Source: Deltaproteobacteria bacterium (lineage in GTDB: Bacteria; JAUYMQ01). Taken from it: DNA of 47,183 bases. The position numbers and the translations under genes are program-made. The DNA is taken from the NCBI GenBank assembly GCA_030698575.1, contig JAUYMQ010000648.1, positions 1 through 47,183 on the forward strand, in the 5' to 3' direction. Shown one piece after another: positions 31,437-40,203 of this stretch (within the stretch, counting starts at the first letter, position 1; every line of letters begins with the position of its first letter). The notes beneath the pieces were generated by a model. It saw only the letters and a program-made list of their open reading frames with translations. It was not told the origin of the DNA and searched no databases.

Positions 31437-32377
31437 CGCAGCTCACCGCGCGCACCCAGGACGAGCTGCTCGAGATCGTCCGCCGCACTACGCCACCCAG
31501 CTACTATGAGCCGCTCGAGGCGCACCCCAACAGCGGCTGGGAGATCCACCGAGCGCACGCAGAGCAGGCAGCGCGAGTCAGCCGCGGCATAGCGCAGATG
31601 GAGCAGGACCTGCGGTACCGGGAGGCCACCGGAGCCGTGCGCGCCACCGGGACTGTGCAGTTCTCACGCTCCAGCGCTGCCGCTGGGGTCGTCACCATTG
31701 CGGCGGGGAGCCACGTGCTGACCGATAGTGGGCTGTCCTACCTCACGACAGCGCCCGCGGTCTTCGGCGCCGCCGACCTGGGGCCGGTCGAGGTGGCGAT
31801 CCAGGCGCGGCGGGATGGCTACGCCTACAACGTGGGCGCCGGTGCGATCACGCGCATCGGCACGCTCGCCGAGGGCTCCGGCAGTGACGCGACACTGGCC
31901 GTCACAAATACCGACCCTGTCACCGGCGGCCATCCGGATGCACTCCAGGCGCTCGGCTGGGACCGGGGAATTCCGCGAAGGCGCGGCGAGAGTGACGACG
32001 AGTACCGTGAACGCATCCTCGCGGTCACCGACGTAGTGACGCCGGCGGCTATCGAGCGGCTGATCCAGCGGTGGGGGGTGCGCTACTCCGTGTCGCCCAC
32101 GCTGCTCGAGCCGTGGACCCACGCGATCTACGCCGACGAAGCCTACGCCGACAACGACCCCGAGCTATGGGCCCACAGTAGCGTGACACACCGCGGGGCC
32201 TTCACCGTGTGGCTGCCAGACGTCGGGGATTTGCTGATGCCGAAGACAAGCGTGGCTGCCCGGCTGCTCGACATGCTCGACCGCATCAAGGGCGGCGGAA
32301 TCGCGATACGCATCGTGCAGTGCGGCGTGGATCCGGCGGACGCGCTGACCGACAACTACAGCAACGACCTGGTGTAG
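31433..32377 (+). CDS. Baseplate/tail protein (gpI-like position), 314 aa
   Basis: ATGA overlap with the J-like gene. Called from position only. Confidence 0.4.
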   Translation: MTQLTARTQDELLEIVRRTTPPSYYEPLEAHPNSGWEIHRAHAEQAARVSRGIAQMEQDLRYREATGAVRATGTVQFSRSSAAAGVVTIAAGSHVLTDSGLSYLTTAPAVFGAADLGPVEVAIQARRDGYAYNVGAGAITRIGTLAEGSGSDATLAVTNTDPVTGGHPDALQALGWDRGIPRRRGESDDEYRERILAVTDVVTPAAIERLIQRWGVRYSVSPTLLEPWTHAIYADEAYADNDPELWAHSSVTHRGAFTVWLPDVGDLLMPKTSVAARLLDMLDRIKGGGIAIRIVQCGVDPADALTDNYSNDLV

Positions 32378-32378
32378 C

Positions 32379-33674
32379 ATGGCGATCAACGACGGAGGTC
32401 CGAAGCGGCACAATCAGCCGACAGGGATGCAGATCCTGAGCACGGACTTGAACCGCATCTCACGCTACCTGTCGCGCGCTCTGCTCGAGGTGCTGAGGCG
32501 GGTGTACCAGGACCAGTCAGCCACACAACAGGACGGCGTGTTATATGGCCTGACCGTGAGCCTTGCCAACTCCGGCGAGATGGCCGTGGACGTGGCGCCG
32601 GGCCTCGGATTCGTGCGCTCCGCAGATCCGGCCGCCGACAATACGTTGGACTCAGATTACCTGTGGTCGGAGCTGTTCGACGCAGCGACGGATGCCTCGA
32701 TTGACCCAGGTGACGCAGCAAACCCTCGGAAGGACGCGGTCTACCTCGAGTACGGCGCCGGCGTGATCGATCAGGAGCAGCGCACGGTCAAAAATCCCGT
32801 CACGGGGGAGGTGGCGAATGCTCTATCGGACGTCTCGCGAGGCCCGCGCCCCTCCATCGGAGTCGCCAAAGGCACTCCGGCATCCGCTCCGTCGGTGCCG
32901 TCGGTGCCGTCTGGTGCGATCCGCCTGGCCACGATTACCGTGCCAGCCGGGGCGGTAGCGCCGGGGGAGCTGACCGTCGCTGATGCGCGCAATATGCTCC
33001 CAACGCCGAGCCGTCCCAACAACGTGCTGGCGACCAGCCTGAAGGTCTTGTCAGGGCTATTTGGTCTCGACGCGATAGGCAACGCAGTTGTTGCGGCGCT
33101 GACCGCAGCGTCCGCCACGGTAGAGGGCGGTATCGACGCCGGCGGCAACATCAACTCCGACGCTCATATAAGCGCCGCCGGCAATGTGGCTGCGGGCAAC
33201 AACGTCAATGCCAACGGTGATGTGAACGCTGGTGGTGGTGTAATTGCGCAGGGACCGATTTCAGGATCTTCCCTGGCCTGTAGTGGGGTCATGGAAGCGG
33301 CACTCGGGGTGCAAACAGGCGGGGGCGTAGTCGCCCAAGGTGCGATGTACTCGGAGGGGTTCCGGGCCTTGGTCGCCGCAAGCTCTGCGGATTACGACAT
33401 TATTACTGGCATCAGGTCCACGCTGGAGGGAGGTGCAGGCGGGTCTGCCGTGGAGCATGTCAGCTTACTGCATGGGCTCCCTGCGTTCAATCAGGCGACC
33501 GCTGTCGTAATCCCCAGCATCGCCGAATCGTTCCCACCACTAATCGCGCGCCCGTCAAACATCGACTCCGACTCCGTGGTAATCAGCATCAGGCGAGCGG
33601 ATGGAGCCTCCCTGGAGGCCCTGGATACGGACGGTGCGAGGATGCACGTCCTAATCCTAGCGCACAAATCCTAG
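32379..33674 (+). CDS. Tail fiber / receptor-binding protein, 431 aa
   Basis: Lies after the baseplate genes. Contains a Gly/Ala/Asn repeat segment (GGIDAGGNINSDAHISAAGNVAAGNNVNANGDVNAGGGV). Confidence 0.5.
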   Translation: MAINDGGPKRHNQPTGMQILSTDLNRISRYLSRALLEVLRRVYQDQSATQQDGVLYGLTVSLANSGEMAVDVAPGLGFVRSADPAADNTLDSDYLWSELFDAATDASIDPGDAANPRKDAVYLEYGAGVIDQEQRTVKNPVTGEVANALSDVSRGPRPSIGVAKGTPASAPSVPSVPSGAIRLATITVPAGAVAPGELTVADARNMLPTPSRPNNVLATSLKVLSGLFGLDAIGNAVVAALTAASATVEGGIDAGGNINSDAHISAAGNVAAGNNVNANGDVNAGGGVIAQGPISGSSLACSGVMEAALGVQTGGGVVAQGAMYSEGFRALVAASSADYDIITGIRSTLEGGAGGSAVEHVSLLHGLPAFNQATAVVIPSIAESFPPLIARPSNIDSDSVVISIRRADGASLEALDTDGARMHVLILAHKS

Positions 33675-33682
33675 AGGCTAAT

Positions 33683-34012
33683 ATGACCTTTAATTTCGCG
33701 GCCGACAGCCCTCTATCAGCCGCCGGCCAAAATGGAGCCGAGTTCGTCTCCCCCGCCCTCGATGCGAGTGGGCACGACGAGATCGCGGTCATCTGCCACG
33801 CCGATCAACCCGGCGCGTACCAGGTCGAATGGGGCCACTCATTCAGCGGGGTCGTCTACTGGGACGGCGCAAGCGATGAGGTGGTTCTCGCGGCAGAGGC
33901 GCGGGAGGCACTCGTGCTGCCGGTGTACGGCCGGTGGGTTCGCTTCCGCTTCCGTAATGCCGGAGAGGCGCAGACCACCTTCCGCTGCAGCGGCCGGTTG
34001 CACAGGAGATAG
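33683..34012 (+). CDS. Hypothetical protein, 109 aa
   Basis: Clean ORF within the tail fiber block. Confidence 0.45.
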   Translation: MTFNFAADSPLSAAGQNGAEFVSPALDASGHDEIAVICHADQPGAYQVEWGHSFSGVVYWDGASDEVVLAAEAREALVLPVYGRWVRFRFRNAGEAQTTFRCSGRLHRR

Positions 34013-34014
34013 GC

Positions 34015-34653
34015 ATGGCTCTTAGAGTCGGCGGCACACGCATCAGCCAACTCAGCGACGCGCTATTGCCCGCGGGCTCGGGCCAGAGCGTGATGCACAC
34101 CGGCAACGCGCCGGGCCCTCCGGGCACAGGCACATGGCGCAAGGGCAATCAGTCGGTGGACTCCGACGGCGTGCTCTGGATCTGCACCGCCTCCGGCTCG
34201 CCGGGGACGTGGGCGCGGGTCGCCGGCGGCGGGGCTGAGCCTGGGAGCCCCCCGGAGCCGTACAGCGGCATCAACGCCGACGACCTCGAGGTTTCCCGCG
34301 GGCACATCCTGCGCTTGGCCGGGACCGGCCCGAGGCGCTTCGTCCTTGCAATCGCGGACACCATTGAGCACGCCGCTGCGGTGGGGGCCGTGGCCAGCGG
34401 CGCCGACATCGAGGCAGGCCAAGCCATCGGCGTCTACACCTACGGCGACTTCCCCGTGCGCTTCGAGGCCGGCCTCGAGCTCACCGAGGGTCAGATGGCG
34501 TGGCTGTCCCGGACGCAACGGGGCGTGGCCACGAACGTCCCGCCTACGGAAGACCAGCCGGGCAAAGAGCTGGGGCAGATCCTTGACGCGAGCCCGTACG
34601 CGGCTGACGGAGTCGCCGTCGTCGCGTGGGATCGCACACTTCCATCAACCTAA
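34015..34653 (+). CDS. Hypothetical tail-fiber-associated protein, 212 aa
   Basis: AGGAG ribosome-binding site. Lies between the fiber genes. Confidence 0.45.
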   Translation: MALRVGGTRISQLSDALLPAGSGQSVMHTGNAPGPPGTGTWRKGNQSVDSDGVLWICTASGSPGTWARVAGGGAEPGSPPEPYSGINADDLEVSRGHILRLAGTGPRRFVLAIADTIEHAAAVGAVASGADIEAGQAIGVYTYGDFPVRFEAGLELTEGQMAWLSRTQRGVATNVPPTEDQPGKELGQILDASPYAADGVAVVAWDRTLPST

Positions 34654-34670
34654 CCTAAGGAGGGCCAGGA

Positions 34671-37016
34671 ATGGCAACCTACAAGGCGCGATACCTCAGC
34701 CGGGCCATCGGCACGGGGGCCATGCTCCTCACGCTTGGGGCCGGCGACTACCTTGAGGCCGGCTCCGGCATCCGCTCGCTGAGCGGACAGGTGCTGTCGC
34801 TGGCATCTGGTGACGGCACCGATGGTGTACAGGTCGAGGAGGACCTCAGCGTCCTCGGCGACCTGACGGTAACCGGTAACGTCTTCGTGCAGGGCTCGCG
34901 GATCGAAATCGACTCGACCGTGTCGCTGAACAAGGACAACCTGCTGGTGCTGAGCTCGGAGCCAAGTGCGGCAGTCGACGCCGGGTGGCTCGCGGAGCTC
35001 TACTACACCGCCTGGGGTGCGGCCGACGAGTCGGACACGGCTCAGGACGGCGGTGCTGCCACAATTACGTTGGCGGCGGGGGCATCCGCGGCCGACGACA
35101 ACTACAACACCTGGGCAATCGCCATCACCGGCGGTACCGGCGCCGGTCAGCAGCGAACGATTTCGGATTACAACGGGACGACCAAGGTCGCTACGGTCGA
35201 CCGCGCATGGGACACGCAGCCCGACGCGACTTCGACCTACGCGCTGCACCAGACCCCAAACCGCTACCGCGGCATCCTCTACGACACCTCCGAGGGCGTC
35301 TTCGCTGCCCTGCAGACGGCTGCCGACCCCGGAGCGGGCGCCACAACGGTCGCCGACTACATCGGCCTGCACGTCGGAGGCTTCGAAGCGGACGACGCGG
35401 TCACGCTGTCGAGCACCCTGGCTGTGCAGGACACCGCGACGATGCGGACGATCTTGCCGGAGGCGGACAGCCAGTATGACCTCGGGTCGGACGCCGTTCG
35501 CTACTCGACGATCTACTGCGATACCATCGACGCAGCTACGTCAGTAATCGCCGGGTCTACCGCGGCCGTGTTCACGGTCAACTCGGACGCGGCGGCTGGT
35601 GGGGACGAGGACACGATCCTCCGGTTCAAGGCTACTGACGCAGCCGGTGAGACCAACAGCGTCTTCACCGGAGACATCAAGCTTGCCGCGACCGGAGGCG
35701 TACCGGCGTGGATGATCTACGTCGACGACGACGGCACCGCGGCCGAGGCGATCGTCTGCATCGGGCTGTATGGGGAGACCACGGCCGGCGTGGATGCTGC
35801 GCTGCTGTTTTCCGGCGCCAATGATGCCGGCCAAAACCGCGTGCTTTACGCGAAGTTCGACGCACAGGAAGAAAAGCTCACGCTCGGCCACAGTGACGGT
35901 AACGCGACCGCCATTGAGCTCGCCGGCGCAGTGACGTTCGGCTCGACGTTTACCTACAACGTCGGAGGATCGGCCTTCGCCGTTGACGCTTCCTCGGTTT
36001 CGCTTGATGCAACTACATCAAGCAACCTCACCGTCACCGGAGATGGGCAGAGCCTCACGCTGGCGGCGGCTGGCGGCGGTGTGCAGCAAGCCATCCTGAG
36101 CTCGGCGGGTACTGGGGTCAACGCACTCTACTTCAATGCTTCCGCTGGTGGAATCGACATCGACTTCGCCACTGGCATCGCGATCGATGGTGCGGGTACC
36201 TCGAACTTCACCGTCGATACCGGCAACCTCACCCTCAGCACGACTACGTCGGGCAACCTGGTCCTGTCTGCCGTAGGCTTGATGGACATCAACGCCAGCG
36301 CCAGCCTCGACATTGACGTCACTGGTACGTTCGACATGCTGTCGAGCGGTGCTTTCTCGATCGATGGCACCGGGGCCAGCAACCTCAGCGCAACGTCCGG
36401 CAACCTCACCCTCAGCACGATCACGTCCGGTGACTTGATTCTGACAGCAGCCGGGAAGGTTGATGCGTCGGGCGGTACCCTGGACGTGCCGGCGGGAACG
36501 GGCTTTTCCATCGCTGGTACCGCGCTGACGACCGCAGCGTTCACCGCGGCGAACCTCGACGACCTCTTGGACGGCTCCGACGCGAGTAGCCTGCACACCC
36601 ATACCGGCGCGCAGGAAAGCTACGCCAACAGCACCGGCGCTGAGATCGCCGCGTACGAGTTGGTCTACATCAGTGGGACCAACGCCGTCACAAAAGCCAT
36701 CGCCACGTCGGCGGCAGCGTCGATGGCAATCGGTGCACCGCAAGTGGCAATTGACAACGGAAACTCCGGCAACGTCAAAACCACGGGGAAGATCACGGCC
36801 AAGTTCGTGGCCGGGCTCGTTGGTGGGGCCGCACCGGCGGCGGGGATGCTCGCCTACGTCAGCAAGACGGCCGGGTCCGCTACCACGGACGTGTCTGGAT
36901 TCACCGAGGGTTCGGACCAGATCACGGTGTGCGGTGTCATCGCTGATGCGAGCGGGTACGCCGGCGCCGGTACCTGCGTGATCCAGCCTCTCCACACCAT
37001 CCCGCAGACCGTGTAA
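34671..37016 (+). CDS. Large tail fiber / beta-helix structural protein, 781 aa
   Basis: AAGGAGGG ribosome-binding site. Internal repeats such as GTSNFTVDTGNLTLSTTTSGNLVLSA and GASNLSATSGNLTLSTITSGDLILTA. Confidence 0.6.
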   Translation: MATYKARYLSRAIGTGAMLLTLGAGDYLEAGSGIRSLSGQVLSLASGDGTDGVQVEEDLSVLGDLTVTGNVFVQGSRIEIDSTVSLNKDNLLVLSSEPSAAVDAGWLAELYYTAWGAADESDTAQDGGAATITLAAGASAADDNYNTWAIAITGGTGAGQQRTISDYNGTTKVATVDRAWDTQPDATSTYALHQTPNRYRGILYDTSEGVFAALQTAADPGAGATTVADYIGLHVGGFEADDAVTLSSTLAVQDTATMRTILPEADSQYDLGSDAVRYSTIYCDTIDAATSVIAGSTAAVFTVNSDAAAGGDEDTILRFKATDAAGETNSVFTGDIKLAATGGVPAWMIYVDDDGTAAEAIVCIGLYGETTAGVDAALLFSGANDAGQNRVLYAKFDAQEEKLTLGHSDGNATAIELAGAVTFGSTFTYNVGGSAFAVDASSVSLDATTSSNLTVTGDGQSLTLAAAGGGVQQAILSSAGTGVNALYFNASAGGIDIDFATGIAIDGAGTSNFTVDTGNLTLSTTTSGNLVLSAVGLMDINASASLDIDVTGTFDMLSSGAFSIDGTGASNLSATSGNLTLSTITSGDLILTAAGKVDASGGTLDVPAGTGFSIAGTALTTAAFTAANLDDLLDGSDASSLHTHTGAQESYANSTGAEIAAYELVYISGTNAVTKAIATSAAASMAIGAPQVAIDNGNSGNVKTTGKITAKFVAGLVGGAAPAAGMLAYVSKTAGSATTDVSGFTEGSDQITVCGVIADASGYAGAGTCVIQPLHTIPQTV

Positions 37017-37081
37017 TAACCCGCCGCGGGCGGTGATCTGACTGTTCGCGGCTCCTTTCCCCGACGTCTAAGGAGGGCACC

Positions 37082-37552
37082 GTGAGTGAGCGCAAGTGGA
37101 TAGGTTGGGACCGGGCGGCCTCCGGGCCGTGGTCCGGCGCCCCAACACCGACGCCGCTGCTCACGGTTGCCTCTGCCGCGGGTATCTCAGTCGCCGATGA
37201 CGCCTACACCGCGGACGGCTCACCGGTGGCCGATCGGGACTGGCCCTTCGTGTTCGATGCCGACGCGGCCAACTCCACATATGGCGCCGGCAAGTGGGAG
37301 CTTCGGCTCGCCTACGCTGTCAAGGTCGACGCCGGCACGGGCTACCTCCGCCTGCGCCAGGTCGACGGTACTGCGACCATGGGTAATGAGGCGTCACTTA
37401 CCGCCACCTCGCTGACCGCGGCCGTGGGTGCTGCGGCTACGACGAACCTCCCCGCGTCCGGTGTGGTCCGGTGCCGAGTACAGGCTAAGGTCACGACCGG
37501 GAACACCCTGACTATCGAGAGCCTGCGCGTGGAGGCGCGGGCGAAGGAGTAG
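37082..37552 (+). CDS. Hypothetical protein, 156 aa
   Basis: GTG follows AAGGAGGG. Lies downstream of the fiber gene. Confidence 0.45.
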   Translation: MSERKWIGWDRAASGPWSGAPTPTPLLTVASAAGISVADDAYTADGSPVADRDWPFVFDADAANSTYGAGKWELRLAYAVKVDAGTGYLRLRQVDGTATMGNEASLTATSLTAAVGAAATTNLPASGVVRCRVQAKVTTGNTLTIESLRVEARAKE

Positions 37553-37559
37553 AGCAGAC

Positions 37560-37952
37560 ATGGGTCGCAAGAACAGGCTGTCGCCAGTGCCATCACCGAA
37601 AGCCGACGACGAAGAGCAGGAGGCGGTGGACGCTAAGCAGGACACCGGGCCTGAGCCCGCACCGAAAGACGGCGACGATGGGGATCCACCCGGCTACTGG
37701 GCGCGAGAGAACGACCTCGAGGACCTGCTCGATGCCGAGGGCGTGCATGCCAAGGCGCTTGGAGACCTCGGGCGCTTGTTGGCGCCGCTGCTGGTGCATC
37801 CGCAGGTCGCAACGGCTGCCAATGAGATCCGCATCGCCGGTGGCGTGCGGGAGAAGGCGCTTCGACGCCTGTTCCGGCGGGCGAATGTGCCTGAGAGCAA
37901 GTGGAAGACCGCGCAGCTCGACCCGGGGACCGGCAAGATCACGGTCCCATGA
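37560..37952 (+). CDS. Hypothetical protein with an acidic N-terminus, 130 aa
   Basis: AAGGAG upstream. No family was recognised. Confidence 0.45.
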   Translation: MGRKNRLSPVPSPKADDEEQEAVDAKQDTGPEPAPKDGDDGDPPGYWARENDLEDLLDAEGVHAKALGDLGRLLAPLLVHPQVATAANEIRIAGGVREKALRRLFRRANVPESKWKTAQLDPGTGKITVP

Positions 37953-38182
37953 GTCAGACCGACATGCGGGCGGGGGTCGCGGACCCGATGGAGCACCGCC
38001 GGCTGAGCGATCCGTGGCCGGTGCTCATCGTGCCGGTCCTCGCGGTCGAGCAGATGACAGACAAGCAGCTCCGCGCGGTCCTCGCGGCCGAGGCGGAGAA
38101 GGCGCAGGGCGAGCAGAGGACCGAGGCCGAGCGCGGCGCTGAGGACCATGGAGGTCTGCAAGTGAACGTCACGACAGCATAG
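37949..38182 (+). CDS. Hypothetical protein, 77 aa
   Basis: Internal ATG at 37949 with an ATGA overlap to the upstream stop. Contains a short hydrophobic stretch, PWPVLIVPVLAV. Confidence 0.4.
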   Translation: MSQTDMRAGVADPMEHRRLSDPWPVLIVPVLAVEQMTDKQLRAVLAAEAEKAQGEQRTEAERGAEDHGGLQVNVTTA

Positions 38183-38214
38183 GGGTTGACGTCGTATCGC
38201 CGATCGACGAGGAC

Positions 38215-38499
38215 GTGCGGTGTCGTGACCCAGACTGGGACGAAATCGCCGTCGCTACTTGGGCGCCCAAGTCCGACGGCGGGCGCTATCGGCTCGACAC
38301 GCAGGCAGCGATGATAGCGACGCGCGAGCTCGTGCATGAGCTGTGCGAGCGGTTTGGCGTGCCTGAAGTCTGGCCGTCGGAGCGCGAGACGCTGTCAGAC
38401 GCTCGGGTGCGAGAGCCCGGCGTCTACGCACACGGACATTTATCTACGACGCGCTGGGACGGCCACGCACTGCTTGACGCGTGGGAGTCTGCAGCATGA
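38215..38499 (+). CDS. Hypothetical protein, 94 aa, resembling only the C-terminal half of an amidase_2 (T7-lysozyme-type) domain
   Basis: EIAVATWAPKSDGGRYRLDTQAAMIATRELVHELCERFGV...GVYAHGHL parallels T7 lysozyme SIGVCLVGGIDDKGKFDANFTPAQMQSLRSLLVTLLAKYEGAGLRAHHEV. An in-frame TAA at 38179 prevents extension upstream. Confidence 0.35.
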   Translation: MRCRDPDWDEIAVATWAPKSDGGRYRLDTQAAMIATRELVHELCERFGVPEVWPSERETLSDARVREPGVYAHGHLSTTRWDGHALLDAWESAA

Positions 38500-38720
38500 C
38501 CGACTATCGACAGGCCAGCTCGTGCCATACCGAGGCCGAGGTGACCCGCTGGATACCTGAGTCACCGACGCATCCAGGGGTGTATGCCGTCGCAGCCCGC
38601 ATTCGTCCCCGTCGAGCACGGGTTCATGTCGACGCAGGAGGATCACCCTCCGCGGCCACGCTGCCGCTACGCTGTGTGGATCCTGACTCCGAAGAGGTAG
38701 ACGGCCTGGTGGTGGCCAGA

Positions 38721-38814
38721 GCCTGCGGAGGACCAGGGATCCTCGGCAGCAGGCACGGCGCCCTAGACCCCCCCGATGCGGCTTGCGGAGGACCCCGGAT
38801 CCTCGTCGGCAGGC
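38721..38814. repeat. Two 34-bp direct repeats (38721-38754 and 38781-38814, 29/34 identical), each with an internal GAGGA...TCCTC inverted repeat
   Basis: gcctgcggaggaccagggatcctcggcagcaggc versus gcttgcggaggaccccggatcctcgtcggcaggc. They lie in the convergent gap between plus-strand and minus-strand genes. Confidence 0.7.
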
Positions 38815-38836
38815 GGCCCGTCCGTCATCCATCCTC

Positions 38837-39304
38837 CTACGGCCGGAATCTCACCCCCGCCTTCCTCGCCAGCCAATGGACCGTCGCCTCTGGCGCTACC
38901 CCCAGCTCCTGCGCGAGCGTCCGATACAGCCCTGGCTCTCCCCTACGTCTTGCCACCTGCTCCCGCACGTATTTTACCCTCTCCCTGTGCCGCGCCCTGC
39001 GAGCCGTCTCCTCCGGCTCCGGAGCCTTCGACCGGTACCCAAGCTCCAGTGCGATCTCCCGGATGGTTCTCGGCGAGTACCCGGTCTCGCCGGCGAGCGG
39101 CTCGGCATCAGGACGGTCTGGCCAGGCCTCGCGGACTCGGTCCCTAACCTGCTCCGGTGTCATCGGGTGGCGGCGGAGCCCGAGACTGTGGGCCGTGTTC
39201 GTCGCCTGTCGCACGGTGAGGCCGAACTCAGCAGAGACGGCCCGAGCGCCGCCCTCGCGGTAGATGGCGGCAAAGCGGGCGCGGCGCTCGGGAGTCCAGC
39301 GCAT
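38837..39304 (-). CDS. Multi-HTH DNA-binding protein with a GcrA-like N-terminus, 155 aa
   Basis: Internal ATG at 39304. MRWTPERRARFAAIYREGGARAVSAEFGLTVRQATNTAHSLGLRR resembles the GcrA N-terminus (W T.ER...L...G.SA..IA..LG.V.RNAV..K.HRLGL). Two further HTH-like segments follow. Confidence 0.5.
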   Translation of the reverse strand: MRWTPERRARFAAIYREGGARAVSAEFGLTVRQATNTAHSLGLRRHPMTPEQVRDRVREAWPDRPDAEPLAGETGYSPRTIREIALELGYRSKAPEPEETARRARHRERVKYVREQVARRRGEPGLYRTLAQELGVAPEATVHWLARKAGVRFRP

Positions 39305-39561
39305 TATACGGCGACCAAGTCCACGGCCCATGGCCCATTGGCGTCGCCGATCCCGACGAGCCCTCCATCGGGCTTGCGGGCGATGCAGATGTCGTTGCTC
39401 GCCTCCCGTGCGTGGAGCACCTCCCACCCCTCCCACAGCGCGGCCTCTTCGGCCGTCATGTTCTCGTCGCCCACCGCGCAGCCACGGCCCTCGTCGTTGC
39501 CCTCGGTCCACTGGGTTTGCAGATATCCATCAGCGTGTTGTCCCATCTGTCGCGTGCTCAT
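39304..39561 (-). CDS. Small strongly acidic protein, 85 aa
   Basis: ATG at 39561 sits 6 nt after AGGAGG. By my count it has 15 Asp/Glu against 5 Arg/Lys. TAATG overlap with the downstream gene. Confidence 0.55.
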   Translation of the reverse strand: MSTRQMGQHADGYLQTQWTEGNDEGRGCAVGDENMTAEEAALWEGWEVLHAREASNDICIARKPDGGLVGIGDANGPWAVDLVAV

Positions 39562-39637
39562 CACTCGCCTCCTGTGTTGCCGGTCCCTCACCCTACCGCC
39601 ATGTTAGCGCCACGCTAACACCAGGTCAAGCGAAAGG

Positions 39638-39898
39638 TTAGCGCTCCGCTAAAAAAGTCGATCGGGCCGCAGCGAGCAGCTCTGGGTGTTCTTCCCACGC
39701 GGACAGCAGCAGCATCACCGCCCGCGGCGCGACCACCGAGACCTCTCCCCCGCGGCGCCGGTCGGTCCTGCGACCGGTGCGCCAGTAGGATACGGTGGGC
39801 ACGGATACGTCGAGCAGTGCGGCGAGATCCTCACCGGTCAAGTGGAGTCGAGCGAGGAGACCGGCGAACTCTGAGGCAGTTGTGGTGATGTCCATCAC
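39638..39898 (-). CDS. XRE/Cro-like HTH protein, 86 aa
   Basis: LTGEDLAALLDVSVPTVSYWRTG is an HTH motif. First gene of a 3-gene minus-strand operon beside the att region. Confidence 0.6.
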   Translation of the reverse strand: MMDITTTASEFAGLLARLHLTGEDLAALLDVSVPTVSYWRTGRRTDRRRGGEVSVVAPRAVMLLLSAWEEHPELLAAARSTFLAER

Positions 39899-40073
39899 GA
39901 TCTATTAGCGCGGCGCTATGGCTCCGTCAAATGCTCGGCGCTCGATGGCGAGCCTAGCTCCGCGCCGGAGGAGAACCCTGAATCCTCGCCGGTCGCACAG
40001 CAAAACCACGATTGCGCACCGAAACGCCGTCCGGCATGTCCAGAGACGGTGCGGTTGTGCTGTGTTTTCGGCC

Positions 40074-40123
40074 GCAGAATCGCACTCTGGAGGCCGTCGG
40101 TTCGATCCCGATCAGCTCCACTA
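40074..40123 (+). other. tRNA-Ala(CGC)-like 3' half (anticodon arm, T-arm, acceptor 3' strand), the candidate attP core
   Basis: gcaga-atCGCac-tctgg aggcc gtcgg-ttcgatc-ccgat cagctcc a. The anticodon loop is canonical (U33, CGC, A37), the T-loop is TTCGATC, and the acceptor 3' strand CAGCUCC carries U70 as in tRNA-Ala/tmRNA. No matching D-arm or 5' acceptor lies upstream. It sits 81 nt from the integrase stop. Confidence 0.6.
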
Positions 40124-40203
40124 ATTCCGCCGCTTTGCATGTATGGCCACCGGGTTCCTGTGCGGTCCCGCACATAAACCGCGCAGGAATCCCGGAGGCC
40201 GAT

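Noticed and set aside
38496-39263. 255-aa plus-strand ORF coupled by ATGA to the 94-aa gene
   Set aside because: From 38837 onward it is antisense to a minus-strand gene with clear HTH/GcrA-like motifs, and it becomes Ser/Pro/Arg-rich there. Only its first ~100 codons could be real, so it is kept as an open question in the findings rather than annotated.
40048-40123. A complete tRNA gene
   Set aside because: Only the anticodon arm, T-arm and 3' acceptor strand are tRNA-like. The 5' side (ggtgcggttgtgctgtgttttcggcc) gives 5/7 acceptor pairs, with no D-stem and no GG in a D-loop. The 3' end reads CTA rather than CCA. It is better explained as an attP fragment.
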